A DNA stretch of 53,610 nt from an uncultured Candidatus Bathyarchaeia archaeon (GTDB taxonomy: Archaea > Thermoproteota > Bathyarchaeia > TCS64): the NCBI GenBank assembly GCA_964559475.1, contig CAZLHX010000003.1:1-53610 (forward strand). The letters are read 5' to 3'. Of this stretch, positions 36,963 through 46,332 are shown piece after piece (the stretch's first letter is position 1; every line of letters starts with the position of its first letter). The translations under genes were made by a program, and so were the position numbers. The notes under the pieces are model-generated. The model saw nothing but the letters and a program-made list of their open reading frames with translations, was not told where the DNA came from and did not search any database.

Positions 36963-39900
36963 ATGCCTCCAGTATACAAAAAATACTTCCAAGAGTTAGA
37001 TGAAAAAGTAAACGAGGTTTATGACATCGCAAAAAATGCTCGAAGAAAAGGACTTGACCCAGAACTTGAACCTGAGCCAGAATTAACAAGAGATATTGCT
37101 GAACGTATTGAGAAACTAATTGGACCTGAAGGTATAACTGAGCGGATGAGAGAACTGGATGGAATGGATCGACGTGCGATGAGTTTCAAGGTAGCGCGGG
37201 AGATCGCACTTGGTAAATTTGGCTCTATGGAAAAAGAAAAAGTAGCAGACCAAGCGATAAGGACCGCTTTAGCAATTATGACTGAGGGTGTCACAATTGC
37301 ACCAATAGAAGGAATACCAGAGATAAAGATCAAAAAAAACCCTGACCGTACAGATTATTTATCTATATACCTTGCTGGCCCCATTAGACCTGCAGGAGGC
37401 ACCGCGCAGGCATTAACACTTGTAATAGCAGATGTTGTGAGGAAGACACTAGGTCTGGATAAATATCAACCAAGTGAAAATGCAGTAAACAGGTTTATTG
37501 AAGAGGTTCGAGTCTATGAGAGAGAGGTTAGACGTTTCCAGTACCACGTTTCAGATGATGATCTTGAATGGGCTTTGAAGAATCTCCCCGTTGAAGTTAC
37601 AGGGGTCAGCACCGATCCATATGAGGTCAGTAATTACAGAAACATTGAGGGAATTGAAACCAATAGGGTTCGTGGTGGAGCCCTGATAGTAGTTGTTGAC
37701 GGGGTTGTAGGGCGATCTAGGAAACTTTGTGGAATCTGTGAAAAGATAGGAATAGATGGATGGAAATGGCTCGATAGGATAGGACATGAGAGAGAAGAAT
37801 TACCCGAAGATGAAGAGGTAGAAAAAAAATCCAGCGCAAGCTTCATGGAGGAAATAATAGTTGGGCGTCCTGTCTTTGCTTTTCCAAATACACCCGGAGG
37901 TTTCAGATTAAGATATGGCAGAGCACGCACCACAGGTCTTGCAGCGTGTGGAATACACCCTGCAACTATGATCATACTTAATGGGTTCATTTGTACGGGT
38001 CTTCAATTGAGAATAGAGTTGCCTGGGAAATCCGCGGCAGTATGTCCCGTGGATAGTATAGAGCCTCCTGTAGTAAGACTGAATAATGGTTCTGTAGTCA
38101 GAGTAAGTTCTGTTGAGCAAGCTGAAGCCCTGTATGATGATGTTGAGAAAATATTATTCAACGGTGACGTGCTCCTAAACGCTGGAGATTTTATTCAATT
38201 TAACCAACCTCTCCGACCCGCAGGATATGATGAAGAGCAATGGAGGTATGATCTAGAGTCATGGATTAAATCCATGGGTATGGATGCGTTTAAAGAATTA
38301 ACAGGATTATCAGAGGAAAGAATTAACAAGTTAATTATTAGGCTTATTGAGCCACCTACACCAATGGAAAGCCTTGCTATCTCAAAGGTAGATGTTCCTC
38401 TTCACCCTAGATATTCTTTTGATTGGTCAAAGATTAGTATGGAAGAGCTCCAAATCATAAGAAACTCTTTAGCGAAAAACTGGGATACTGATAAAAAAGC
38501 ACTCAAACTTATAGAAAAAGAGAAAGAAATTTTGGAGACTCTTCTCGTACCACATCGAATAGTTGATGGAAGAGTCGTCATTGATGATGAATCAATTATA
38601 CTTGAAAGATGCTTAAAACTTGAACAGCTGTACATTGAAACTACCGAGAAAACCCCGCTAGAACAGGTAAACAAGTGGGCGGGATTCCCCATAAGAGAGA
38701 AGGCTTATGTTTATGTTGGAGCCCGGATGGGGAGGCCTGAGAAGGCCAAAGAAAGAAAAATGAGCCCCTACATTCACTGTTTGTATCCCGTTGGTAATTC
38801 CGTTGGACCTCAAAGAGATATCACGAGATCAAGAAAACGAGAGAGAATCCGTGTTGACATGGTCAAATACAAGTGTCCTGAGTGCGGATCTGATTCAAAT
38901 ACACTCCTATGTCAGAACTGTGGTAGCTTAACCGTCCTTGAATGGAGGTGCCCCCGCTGTAAAAGACCTCTATCAGAGGGCATTTGCCCGGCTTGTAATA
39001 CAGAAACAGTAAGCTACGAATCAGTGGAAATAGATCTAAGAGAAGAACTCGAAAATGCCAGAAAATTTATTGGTGGAATCATCCCCGGCCGTATAAAATG
39101 CGTTAAGGGATTAATGAACGAGAAGAGAATCCCCGAGAACCTTTCAAAGGGTATACTCAGGGGAAGATACGACTTATCCGTCTTCAAGGACGGCACGCTC
39201 AGATATGATCTGACAGATATTCCTCTTACCCATTTTAAGCCTGAGGAGATAGGAACAAGCATTGAGAAGCTTCGTAAGCTAGGGTACACCCATGATATGT
39301 TTGGAGAACCCCTGAAAAGAGAAGACCAGATGCTTGAACTCATGACGCAAGATATCGTATTACCAGAACAATGCGGAGATTATCTTGTAAAAGTCACAAA
39401 GTTTCTGGATGATGAGTTAAAGGATTTTTACAAGCTTGATCCCTTCTATGAATGTGAAAGCAGAGATGATCTCTTAGGTCACCTGGTGCTAGGGATGGCA
39501 CCACATACATCCGCTAGCATAGTTGGACGTTTAATCGGTTGGACTACCGTTAGAAATTGTTATGCCCACCCGTACTGGCACGCTGCAAAGCGTCGAAACT
39601 GCGATGGTGACGAGGACGCCATCCTAATGATTCTTGATCCACTGCTGAACTTCAGTAAATCCTATCTGCCAGAGCAGAGCGGAGGACTGATGGACGCCCC
39701 ACTATTCATAATACCGAATTTAAATCCAGCAGAAGTCGACAAAGAAAGCCACAACGTTGATGTTATTGATAGGTACCCTCCTGAATTCTATAAGATGAGC
39801 ATGAAAGGGGCGCATCCAGATGAATTCGAACCCCTCGTCGACATCCTGGGCAACAGAGTAGGCACACCAGCACAATATCAAGGAATTAAATACACCACAG

Positions 39901-40373
39901 AATGCAGCAACATCAACCTCGGAAGCCACGTCGGTGCATATAATAAACTGAGTTCCATGATAGAAAAGCTTGAAAGTCAACTAGACCTCACAAAAAAGCT
40001 ACGTTCTGTGGAAGGGAAAACCGTTGCTTTAAAGATTCTTAACAGTCACTTTATGAAAGACATAGTCGGTAACCTCCGAGCCTTTACCCGTCAAGGATTC
40101 AGGTGCAGTAAATGTAACAAGAAATACCGGAGACCACCATTAAATGGCGTCTGTGACCGCTGTGGAGGAAACATAATTCAGACTGTACATTATGGAGGCA
40201 TAGTAAAATATCTGGAGCCTGCTGAAAACCTCGTCCATGATTATAACCTAGGAAAATACTACGAAGATCGGATAACACTTCTGAAGGAGGAGATCGAAGC
40301 CTTATTCCCTGAGAAGGAAGAACCCCAAACCCAGTTTAACCTCACAGATTTTATGAAGTCAAAGACAGAATAA
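36963..40373 (+). CDS. polC: DNA polymerase II (PolD) large subunit DP2
   Basis: Full-length DP2 of about 1136 aa with a central Cys-rich zinc module (CPECG...CQNCG...CPRC...CPAC), catalytic block RNCDGDED, and a C-terminal zinc finger CSKC...CDRCG. No intein is evident. ATG 36963 is preferred over TTG 36948. Confidence 0.95.
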   Translation: MPPVYKKYFQELDEKVNEVYDIAKNARRKGLDPELEPEPELTRDIAERIEKLIGPEGITERMRELDGMDRRAMSFKVAREIALGKFGSMEKEKVADQAIRTALAIMTEGVTIAPIEGIPEIKIKKNPDRTDYLSIYLAGPIRPAGGTAQALTLVIADVVRKTLGLDKYQPSENAVNRFIEEVRVYEREVRRFQYHVSDDDLEWALKNLPVEVTGVSTDPYEVSNYRNIEGIETNRVRGGALIVVVDGVVGRSRKLCGICEKIGIDGWKWLDRIGHEREELPEDEEVEKKSSASFMEEIIVGRPVFAFPNTPGGFRLRYGRARTTGLAACGIHPATMIILNGFICTGLQLRIELPGKSAAVCPVDSIEPPVVRLNNGSVVRVSSVEQAEALYDDVEKILFNGDVLLNAGDFIQFNQPLRPAGYDEEQWRYDLESWIKSMGMDAFKELTGLSEERINKLIIRLIEPPTPMESLAISKVDVPLHPRYSFDWSKISMEELQIIRNSLAKNWDTDKKALKLIEKEKEILETLLVPHRIVDGRVVIDDESIILERCLKLEQLYIETTEKTPLEQVNKWAGFPIREKAYVYVGARMGRPEKAKERKMSPYIHCLYPVGNSVGPQRDITRSRKRERIRVDMVKYKCPECGSDSNTLLCQNCGSLTVLEWRCPRCKRPLSEGICPACNTETVSYESVEIDLREELENARKFIGGIIPGRIKCVKGLMNEKRIPENLSKGILRGRYDLSVFKDGTLRYDLTDIPLTHFKPEEIGTSIEKLRKLGYTHDMFGEPLKREDQMLELMTQDIVLPEQCGDYLVKVTKFLDDELKDFYKLDPFYECESRDDLLGHLVLGMAPHTSASIVGRLIGWTTVRNCYAHPYWHAAKRRNCDGDEDAILMILDPLLNFSKSYLPEQSGGLMDAPLFIIPNLNPAEVDKESHNVDVIDRYPPEFYKMSMKGAHPDEFEPLVDILGNRVGTPAQYQGIKYTTECSNINLGSHVGAYNKLSSMIEKLESQLDLTKKLRSVEGKTVALKILNSHFMKDIVGNLRAFTRQGFRCSKCNKKYRRPPLNGVCDRCGGNIIQTVHYGGIVKYLEPAENLVHDYNLGKYYEDRITLLKEEIEALFPEKEEPQTQFNLTDFMKSKTE

Positions 40374-40425
40374 ATATTAGAAAAACTTTATTATTCTATA
40401 GATGTTTAACCTGTGCTGAGAAGCG

Positions 40426-40602
40426 ATGAGCAGAAGAAAAAAACAACAAAATGTAGGTATGCCCCAGAGTAGTGCTGGACTAATGCGGTTTTTCCAAGAT
40501 GAGACAAATGGTGTAAAGATACCCCCAGAATTCGTTATAGGGGCATCAGTGCTGTTGATCGCCTCAGTGATTCTGGCCAGAGTATTCGTTCCTATCATAT
40601 AA
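40426..40602 (+). CDS. secG: Preprotein translocase Sec61-beta / archaeal SecG subunit
   Basis: 58-aa ORF below the track cutoff: MSRRKKQQNVGMPQSSAGLMRFFQDETNGVKIPPEFVIGASVLLIASVILARVFVPII. It has the SAGLMRFF motif and a single C-terminal TM helix. Confidence 0.8.
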   Translation: MSRRKKQQNVGMPQSSAGLMRFFQDETNGVKIPPEFVIGASVLLIASVILARVFVPII

Positions 40603-40657
40603 GAAGGCCCTTGAGGGGTTTAGTTAGATGGAATATCTAAAAATTAAGGGAGAATCA

Positions 40658-40948
40658 ATGACAGAAACGCGAAGAAGAAAACGTGACCTAGTAATAATCG
40701 GCATGAAGCCAATAATGAATTATGTTGTAGCGAGCCTAACACTATTTAACGAAGGCGCTGAGAACATCCGGCTTCGAGCCAGAGGTAAGCACATCAGTAA
40801 AGCCGTTGATACGGTGGATCTGCTACAGAGGATTTTCCTAAAAGATCTAAAAGTCGATAACGTTGAGATAGACACCGACGTTTTAACCAGGGATGACGGA
40901 AAAAAAGCGAACGTATCGGTAATTGAGATACTTCTTACAAACGGGTAA
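40658..40948 (+). CDS. albA: DNA/RNA-binding protein Alba
   Basis: Blocks IIGMKPIMNYVVA and LRARGKHISKAVDTVDLLQ. ATG 40658 is preceded by AAGGGAG. Confidence 0.9.
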   Translation: MTETRRRKRDLVIIGMKPIMNYVVASLTLFNEGAENIRLRARGKHISKAVDTVDLLQRIFLKDLKVDNVEIDTDVLTRDDGKKANVSVIEILLTNG

Positions 40949-40996
40949 GTCAATCTTTTAAGCTCAATACCCATAAAGTCAACGAGGGTAGACAGA

Positions 40997-42331
40997 TTGA
41001 GATATCCAGATATCAAAGTCACTCCACCGGGTCCTAAAGCTAAAAAATTGGTTGAAAAGGACAAGGAGCTCGTTTCCCCCAGTTTTGGAAGAGCATATCC
41101 ACTGGTCTTGGAATCAGCGGTGGGAAGTATACTCACAGATGTGGATGGGAATAAGTATATTGATATGAACGCGGGGTTAGCAGTTTGCAGCACAGGTCAC
41201 GGGCACCCAAAGGTAAAACAGGCTATCAAGGAGCAAGTTGACAGATTCATTCACTATAGCTATACCGACTTTTTCTACAAGGATTACATCGATCTCTCAT
41301 CAGTTCTCCACGATCTATTACCGGGTGACTTTAAGAAAAAATTCTTCTACGGTAACAGTGGAGCAGAATCCGTCGAAGCAGCTATAAAGGTAAGCAGATG
41401 GCATACAAGGCGACAAGGGATCCTAGCTTATATCGGTGCTTTCCATGGAAGAACTATGGGGGCAGTCAGTTTAACAGCGAGTAAGCCAGTACAGAGAGCT
41501 GGTTTCAGTCCACTGATCCCCGGCGTAGAACATGTTTTCTATCCCTATTGCTATAGATGTCCACTAAACCTAGAATACCCAAGTTGTGGATACGCGTGCG
41601 TAGATTATATTGACGAGCATCTATTCCACAGATATGTCCCTCCAGAGGAGGTATCCATGCTCATCGCGGAACCCATACAAGGAGAAGGGGGATATGTTGT
41701 ACCACCTGATGGTTATTTCAAGAAACTCAAGAAACTACTAGACCAGTACGGTATACTCCTCGCAGTAGATGAGGTACAATCAGGAATAGGCAGGACCGGC
41801 AAATGGTTCGCAATCGAACATTATGATGTGATCCCTGATATATTTTGTATGGCAAAAGGAATTGCAGCAGGTATGCCATTGGGAGTAATGGCGTCAAATG
41901 CGGAAATCCAAGATTGGTCTCCTGGAAGCCATGCATCCACCTTTGGAGGCAACCCAGTTAGCTGTTCAGCAGCCCTTGCCGTAATTGATGTGATAAAATC
42001 CGAGAATCTCCTTGAGAACGCAGAAATGCTAGGATCTTATCTCTTGAAACGTCTTGAGGAGATGAAGGAGGAGCATCTCTTAATCGGTGATGTACGTGGT
42101 AAGGGCTTAATGATAGGCGTAGAACTAGTGAAAGACAAGGATTCAAAGGAGACAGCGAAGAAAGAAGCGGGCGAAGTGATGATGAAATGCTTCAAGAAAG
42201 GCCTTGCTATAGTAACCTGTGGGCCCAATGTAATCAGATGGATGCCTCCGCTCGTTATAACTAAAGACCTGATTGATCCCAGCATAGAAATATTCGAACA
42301 GAGCCTTACAGAGGTTGAAAAGGGAAAATAG
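40997..42331 (+). CDS. Class III aminotransferase (4-aminobutyrate/acetylornithine aminotransferase-like)
   Basis: Motifs GNSGAESVEAAIK, DEVQSGIGRTGKWF and the CMAKGIAAG lysine block. TTG start. Confidence 0.8.
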   Translation: MRYPDIKVTPPGPKAKKLVEKDKELVSPSFGRAYPLVLESAVGSILTDVDGNKYIDMNAGLAVCSTGHGHPKVKQAIKEQVDRFIHYSYTDFFYKDYIDLSSVLHDLLPGDFKKKFFYGNSGAESVEAAIKVSRWHTRRQGILAYIGAFHGRTMGAVSLTASKPVQRAGFSPLIPGVEHVFYPYCYRCPLNLEYPSCGYACVDYIDEHLFHRYVPPEEVSMLIAEPIQGEGGYVVPPDGYFKKLKKLLDQYGILLAVDEVQSGIGRTGKWFAIEHYDVIPDIFCMAKGIAAGMPLGVMASNAEIQDWSPGSHASTFGGNPVSCSAALAVIDVIKSENLLENAEMLGSYLLKRLEEMKEEHLLIGDVRGKGLMIGVELVKDKDSKETAKKEAGEVMMKCFKKGLAIVTCGPNVIRWMPPLVITKDLIDPSIEIFEQSLTEVEKGK

Positions 42332-42345
42332 CATTCCCCAGTTTT

Positions 42346-43854
42346 TTATTCTTTTAGAACATGAATCTTAGTAAATGATCCACTATTTACCTGTATCAGA
42401 CCGTCAAAGGGCTCTCTCACGTTCATATATTCGAGCCTTATCTCGGCACCGGCTGTTAAATCCATGGCCTCTTCAGCATATTCACGCCAGAGGCTCACTC
42501 TCGCCTCACCAGTTCCGTCATCGATACGGAAATTTGTGACGGTAGCAGACCCTCTCACTGTCTCTATCTCTCTTTGAACAGGCTCATCTAAGACCTGCCC
42601 CTGGATAGTGATATTCCTTTGCCCCTCCCTTAAGTCAAAGATATTGATTATCCGCCTCTCAACATCAGGTAGCTCCATATCAAAGTCTTCTGGGTCAACG
42701 TGAACTCTTCCGCTTCGCCCAACATTCAGATCAACGCCACCAAACCCTGCTCGGGTGTAACCATTTTCAACAACGATCAATGTTCCTTCATCTATCTGGT
42801 CTACCAGGTCTACATCATCGTCCCAAAGACTCAACCTTGCAGTTCCAGTCTCATCCTCGATTAGAACAGAAACCACCCTTCCCCCAGTACCATCTTTTCT
42901 TACGAACTCACGGACCTCACTTACCTGAGTAGCTAATGCAGTGACGTTAATGCTACTCATTCCCTCCTCAAGATTCCCGAGCTTAGTCCAGTAAGGAACT
43001 GGGTCCTCTGGGCGCACCCCTTCATCTACAACCTCGACATCTGTCCCCCAGCCAATATGAACTTCAGGATTCCCTCTATTTCCTGTCCTAACATTACCAC
43101 CAATTACTCGGATTTTAGTACCCCTCTCTAAGGCACCATACTCATCGACTTTATCATCCCATAGAACAGAATTAATCCTAGATCCGCCCTCCTCTAATAA
43201 TAATCGACTTACCTTTCCAATGCTTCCATCATCCCTTTCAAATGTGTTTACAGGGTAACTGTCCATAACCACAGCTTCAAGCAAGACATCGCCCTCCGTA
43301 TGAATATCTGCTGGAGTCAAGAAGAAAGAATCAAGTTTAGGGAAATCTTCCTGTATAACATCTATGGGCTCAATGTAAATCTGCCCTCTATTCCCCATAT
43401 TTACCTCAATCGCCCCACGTCGCTCCCTACTATATCCGTGAAGTATGCGAACAATCTTACCAGGAGCCAACTTGCTGGCCTCAACATGGTCCGCTTTCTC
43501 GTCCCAGAAGACCACCGTTACATGACCAGTACTATCGCCCAGTATCATTCTAAGAACTTTACCCTTACGATTCTCGTCCCTGTCGAATGTATGACTTGGA
43601 AAAATGTGAATGATTCTCCCAGTCAGATTAACGTCGCTAAGTCCAGCTGTGAGGTCCCCTATCTTAAGCTTGGCATCAAACTTTTCACCCATGCCATTTA
43701 TTCCAAGATTACTGGCTACCAGGTGAGCAGCTGCCTCCTCTGTTAATAGCCCCTCTGCTTTTGCCCTCTCCTCCTCTACGAGCTGTCTTACAGCTTCCTC
43801 TGTAAGATTGGGTTTTAAGGTCAAGATTCTTTTGATGATTTCTTCTGTGGACAT
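42346..43854 (-). CDS. rpa: Replication protein A (multi-OB-fold ssDNA-binding protein)
   Basis: N-terminal helical domain followed by four internally similar OB-fold repeats (recurring ...GxVxRIxxxRxF.R.DGxxGxVxxxxLxDxTGxxRxxLWD...). No Cys or zinc finger. Confidence 0.85.
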   Translation of the reverse strand: MSTEEIIKRILTLKPNLTEEAVRQLVEEERAKAEGLLTEEAAAHLVASNLGINGMGEKFDAKLKIGDLTAGLSDVNLTGRIIHIFPSHTFDRDENRKGKVLRMILGDSTGHVTVVFWDEKADHVEASKLAPGKIVRILHGYSRERRGAIEVNMGNRGQIYIEPIDVIQEDFPKLDSFFLTPADIHTEGDVLLEAVVMDSYPVNTFERDDGSIGKVSRLLLEEGGSRINSVLWDDKVDEYGALERGTKIRVIGGNVRTGNRGNPEVHIGWGTDVEVVDEGVRPEDPVPYWTKLGNLEEGMSSINVTALATQVSEVREFVRKDGTGGRVVSVLIEDETGTARLSLWDDDVDLVDQIDEGTLIVVENGYTRAGFGGVDLNVGRSGRVHVDPEDFDMELPDVERRIINIFDLREGQRNITIQGQVLDEPVQREIETVRGSATVTNFRIDDGTGEARVSLWREYAEEAMDLTAGAEIRLEYMNVREPFDGLIQVNSGSFTKIHVLKE

Positions 43855-43890
43855 TGAATTCAGAGTAATCTGGGATGTTACACGTAAAAA

Positions 43891-44010
43891 CTATTCTTTT
43901 CCCTCGTTTTTAGCCTCCACGTACATGTATAGGAAGCCCATGGCGAGGGCTGTTACTCCAAGGAATATTATTAGTTTGTTGATGAAGTCAAATAGGAGTT
44001 CAACAGTCAT
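43891..44010 (-). CDS. Possible 39-aa single-TM micro-protein
   Basis: ORF MTVELLFDFINKLIIFLGVTALAMGFLYMYVEAKNEGKE* lies between the SWIM gene and rpa on the same strand. The only support is the open frame and a hydrophobic core. Confidence 0.2.
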   Translation of the reverse strand: MTVELLFDFINKLIIFLGVTALAMGFLYMYVEAKNEGKE

Positions 44011-44051
44011 ATCAAATTAGGGAAATATTATCAGAGTATATAGGTTTAGCT

Positions 44052-44465
44052 CTAATCCTCGATTACGTAGTTCTCCCAGATGTTCATGAGCTCTCTATAG
44101 ACTTCATCTTCTTCTGGGATATAGTCAAAATATCCGAGGGCTTCTGCTAGTTTTTGGGCTATTAGATGGTAGCAGAATGATACTTCTTCATCAAGTACCC
44201 TAAAGTAGAAGTCACCACAGCTACAGTACCCAGCATGGGGGAAAATCAGGTATTCTCCGGTATTTCCTATGGCTATCCATACCTCTCTTTCGCTGGGTCT
44301 GAAAACGTATTTTTTAATTCGATGATTCAGCACAAGATCCCAAGCTTTTAGGAACCTTTCCCCAAAAATTTTTCTAAGTCTTTGCCAGTTGAGTCTGGAG
44401 AGCTCTTTCTCTGTACGTAGCTCTCTTAGGACTTGTTCCAGCACTATCTTTTCTTGAATAGCCAT
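44052..44465 (-). CDS. SWIM-type zinc finger protein
   Basis: CxC-x17-CxH signature: CSCGDFYFRVLDEEVSFCYH. Confidence 0.65.
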   Translation of the reverse strand: MAIQEKIVLEQVLRELRTEKELSRLNWQRLRKIFGERFLKAWDLVLNHRIKKYVFRPSEREVWIAIGNTGEYLIFPHAGYCSCGDFYFRVLDEEVSFCYHLIAQKLAEALGYFDYIPEEDEVYRELMNIWENYVIED

Positions 44466-44488
44466 CTATCATTATTTGGAGTCCATGC

Positions 44489-45316
44489 TTAATTAAAGTC
44501 CCATAAATGAGCTCCATGGTTCCAAGCTCCATAATATCCACAGGTTTCAGAGGCAGAAAAAGAAGCTAATTTCAAACATAGTTCCATTGGTTTTCCTGAG
44601 AGATATTCTACCAAGAGTCTTGCGGCATAAGCATCCCCAGCTCCGAGAGTATCTACAACCTCTGTCTCAAAGACTTGCTGAGGGTAGATCTTCTCCCCAT
44701 TATATAGAAGAGAGCCTTTCATGCCCTGGGTCAGCACAACAAGCGAAGCCCCTCTTTCATAAATCCATTTCAATAGGTCATCCGCTTTTTCTCGGGATAG
44801 TTCTGAGCCTGAAAGAAAGGCGATGTCTACATAAGGAATCGTCTTTTTGAGGTAGTCTTTACTCCATTTGTCTGAGTAATCGAAGCTAAGTAGATTTGAG
44901 GCTTGAGATAGTTCAGTAAGTTGTTCCTCTATGTAACTATACACGCTGGTGTGGGTTATATCATACTTTGAGATATACCCGAAGTCGTCTTTTTCCAGAT
45001 TTATTTGGCTACTTACCCCTGAAATTGACTTTCCGAATACTCGTTCGCCTGAAATTAGGTTGACCTCGCAATAGGAGTTGGGACCTTTGATTATCCGGCA
45101 ATGTGATATGTCCACAGTCTCTTTTTTTAGCGAATTATATAGAAGTTTACCGTGGAGATCATCACCAAGCCAGCCAACATAACCAGTCTCATGACCATAA
45201 CGTCTCGCCATTACAGCTACATTAACAGCGTTTCCCCCTGGAAACATCCTGTTTAAGGAGATATATCTGTCAACGGTATTATCCCCTACTCCGACAAGTT
45301 TTACCATTGACGACAT
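44489..45316 (-). CDS. PfkB family sugar/ketoamine kinase
   Basis: N-terminal GGNAVNVA and C-terminal DTLGAGDAY motifs. Confidence 0.8.
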   Translation of the reverse strand: MSSMVKLVGVGDNTVDRYISLNRMFPGGNAVNVAVMARRYGHETGYVGWLGDDLHGKLLYNSLKKETVDISHCRIIKGPNSYCEVNLISGERVFGKSISGVSSQINLEKDDFGYISKYDITHTSVYSYIEEQLTELSQASNLLSFDYSDKWSKDYLKKTIPYVDIAFLSGSELSREKADDLLKWIYERGASLVVLTQGMKGSLLYNGEKIYPQQVFETEVVDTLGAGDAYAARLLVEYLSGKPMELCLKLASFSASETCGYYGAWNHGAHLWDFN

Positions 45317-45388
45317 TATTTTAATTGTCTTATTTCACTTTTCCCCCAAGACTACTGTTTAAAAGCAGGGGTTCAGGGTTGTCTTTGT

Positions 45389-46231
45389 ATGATCCGTTTA
45401 CTTACTCCTTATCCTGCAATTATGGTGGAATCAGGGGAGAAGGTGCTTTTAGCGGCGGATCTGCACCTTGGATTGGAATATGATTTAGCCAAACAGGGCA
45501 TTAACATCCCATACCAGTGGTCAAGAATGCTAGAGGAGATGATTAATCTCCTTGAGGAATACAATCCAGATAGGTTAATTCTCTTGGGTGATGTTAAACA
45601 CGGGGTTCCAGCAACAAGCTTCAAGGAAAAAAGGGAGATCCCGGAGTTCTTCAATACCTTATTTGAATACGTGGAGTACATAGATGTCACTAGAGGCAAC
45701 CATGATGCCAATATTCATAAATTTCTGCCAGAAAGGGTGGTTCTTCACAGCAGCAAGGGAGTAATATTCGGTGAAGAATTCAAAGTAGCAGGTTTCCATG
45801 GACACGCTTGGCCAGCGCCAGAGATTATGTCCGTTGACTGCATCATAATGGCCCATAACCATCCCACAGTTATGCTCAAGACACCCATTGGATTGATGAT
45901 CTCCAAGAGAACCTGGATTAGAGGTAGACTAGACCAGAAAAAGGTAACTAAAGCCTTCCTCGAGCAGGATGGGATTAAAGTTGAAGATGCCCCTCTAGAA
46001 GAATTCAAGAAAAACTTCATTGTCACCCCTAGGGAGCCCGAGCTTATCATTATGCCTATGTTTAATGATCTCCTGGGAGGACTCCCTGTAAATATGGAGT
46101 CACCTAGAAGCCTCTTAGGTCCGTTGTTCAACTCTGGGGCCGTAAATCTTGAAGAATTTGACTCATATCTACTTGATGGCACCTATTTGGGTAAGGTAAA
46201 ATTTCTAAGAGAACAGCTGGAAAACTGTTAG
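45389..46231 (+). CDS. Metallophosphoesterase (archaeal ICC-like, COG1407 type)
   Basis: Motifs DLHLG, GDVKH, GNHD, GHAW and HNHP in the canonical order. Confidence 0.8.
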   Translation: MIRLLTPYPAIMVESGEKVLLAADLHLGLEYDLAKQGINIPYQWSRMLEEMINLLEEYNPDRLILLGDVKHGVPATSFKEKREIPEFFNTLFEYVEYIDVTRGNHDANIHKFLPERVVLHSSKGVIFGEEFKVAGFHGHAWPAPEIMSVDCIIMAHNHPTVMLKTPIGLMISKRTWIRGRLDQKKVTKAFLEQDGIKVEDAPLEEFKKNFIVTPREPELIIMPMFNDLLGGLPVNMESPRSLLGPLFNSGAVNLEEFDSYLLDGTYLGKVKFLREQLENC

Positions 46232-46312
46232 TTCTAGTTTTTACATACTAATATTTATTTTATCTGTAAAAATAGTAAGGTTGGGTTATAAAAACCCCTT
46301 CTATTGCCACTT

Positions 46313-46326
46313 GGGACGAAAGTCCC
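46313..46326. terminator. GGGAC-GAAA-GTCCC hairpin between convergent genes
   Basis: 5-bp GC-rich stem with a GNRA-type loop on the plus strand, 7 nt beyond the radical SAM stop. A second weak hairpin, GGGTT-ATAAA-AACCC, lies at 46283-46297. Confidence 0.25.
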
Positions 46327-46332
46327 TCCTCC

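Noticed and set aside
40720-41193. Antisense or embedded track ORFs. Examples: 40720..41193-, 45745..46182-, 52389..52847-, 51388..51768-, 32078..32467-, 37634..37990-, 10199..10525+, 43300..43746+, 5733..6020+
   Set aside because: Each lies inside and antisense or out of frame to a gene with strong family motifs. Their translations are low-complexity (Ser/Pro/Leu-rich) with no recognisable domains.
43808-44020. Plus-strand 70-aa track ORF in the rpa/SWIM spacer
   Set aside because: It overlaps the rpa start in antisense and has no motifs. The minus-strand 39-aa TM ORF is marginally more plausible and is itself low confidence.
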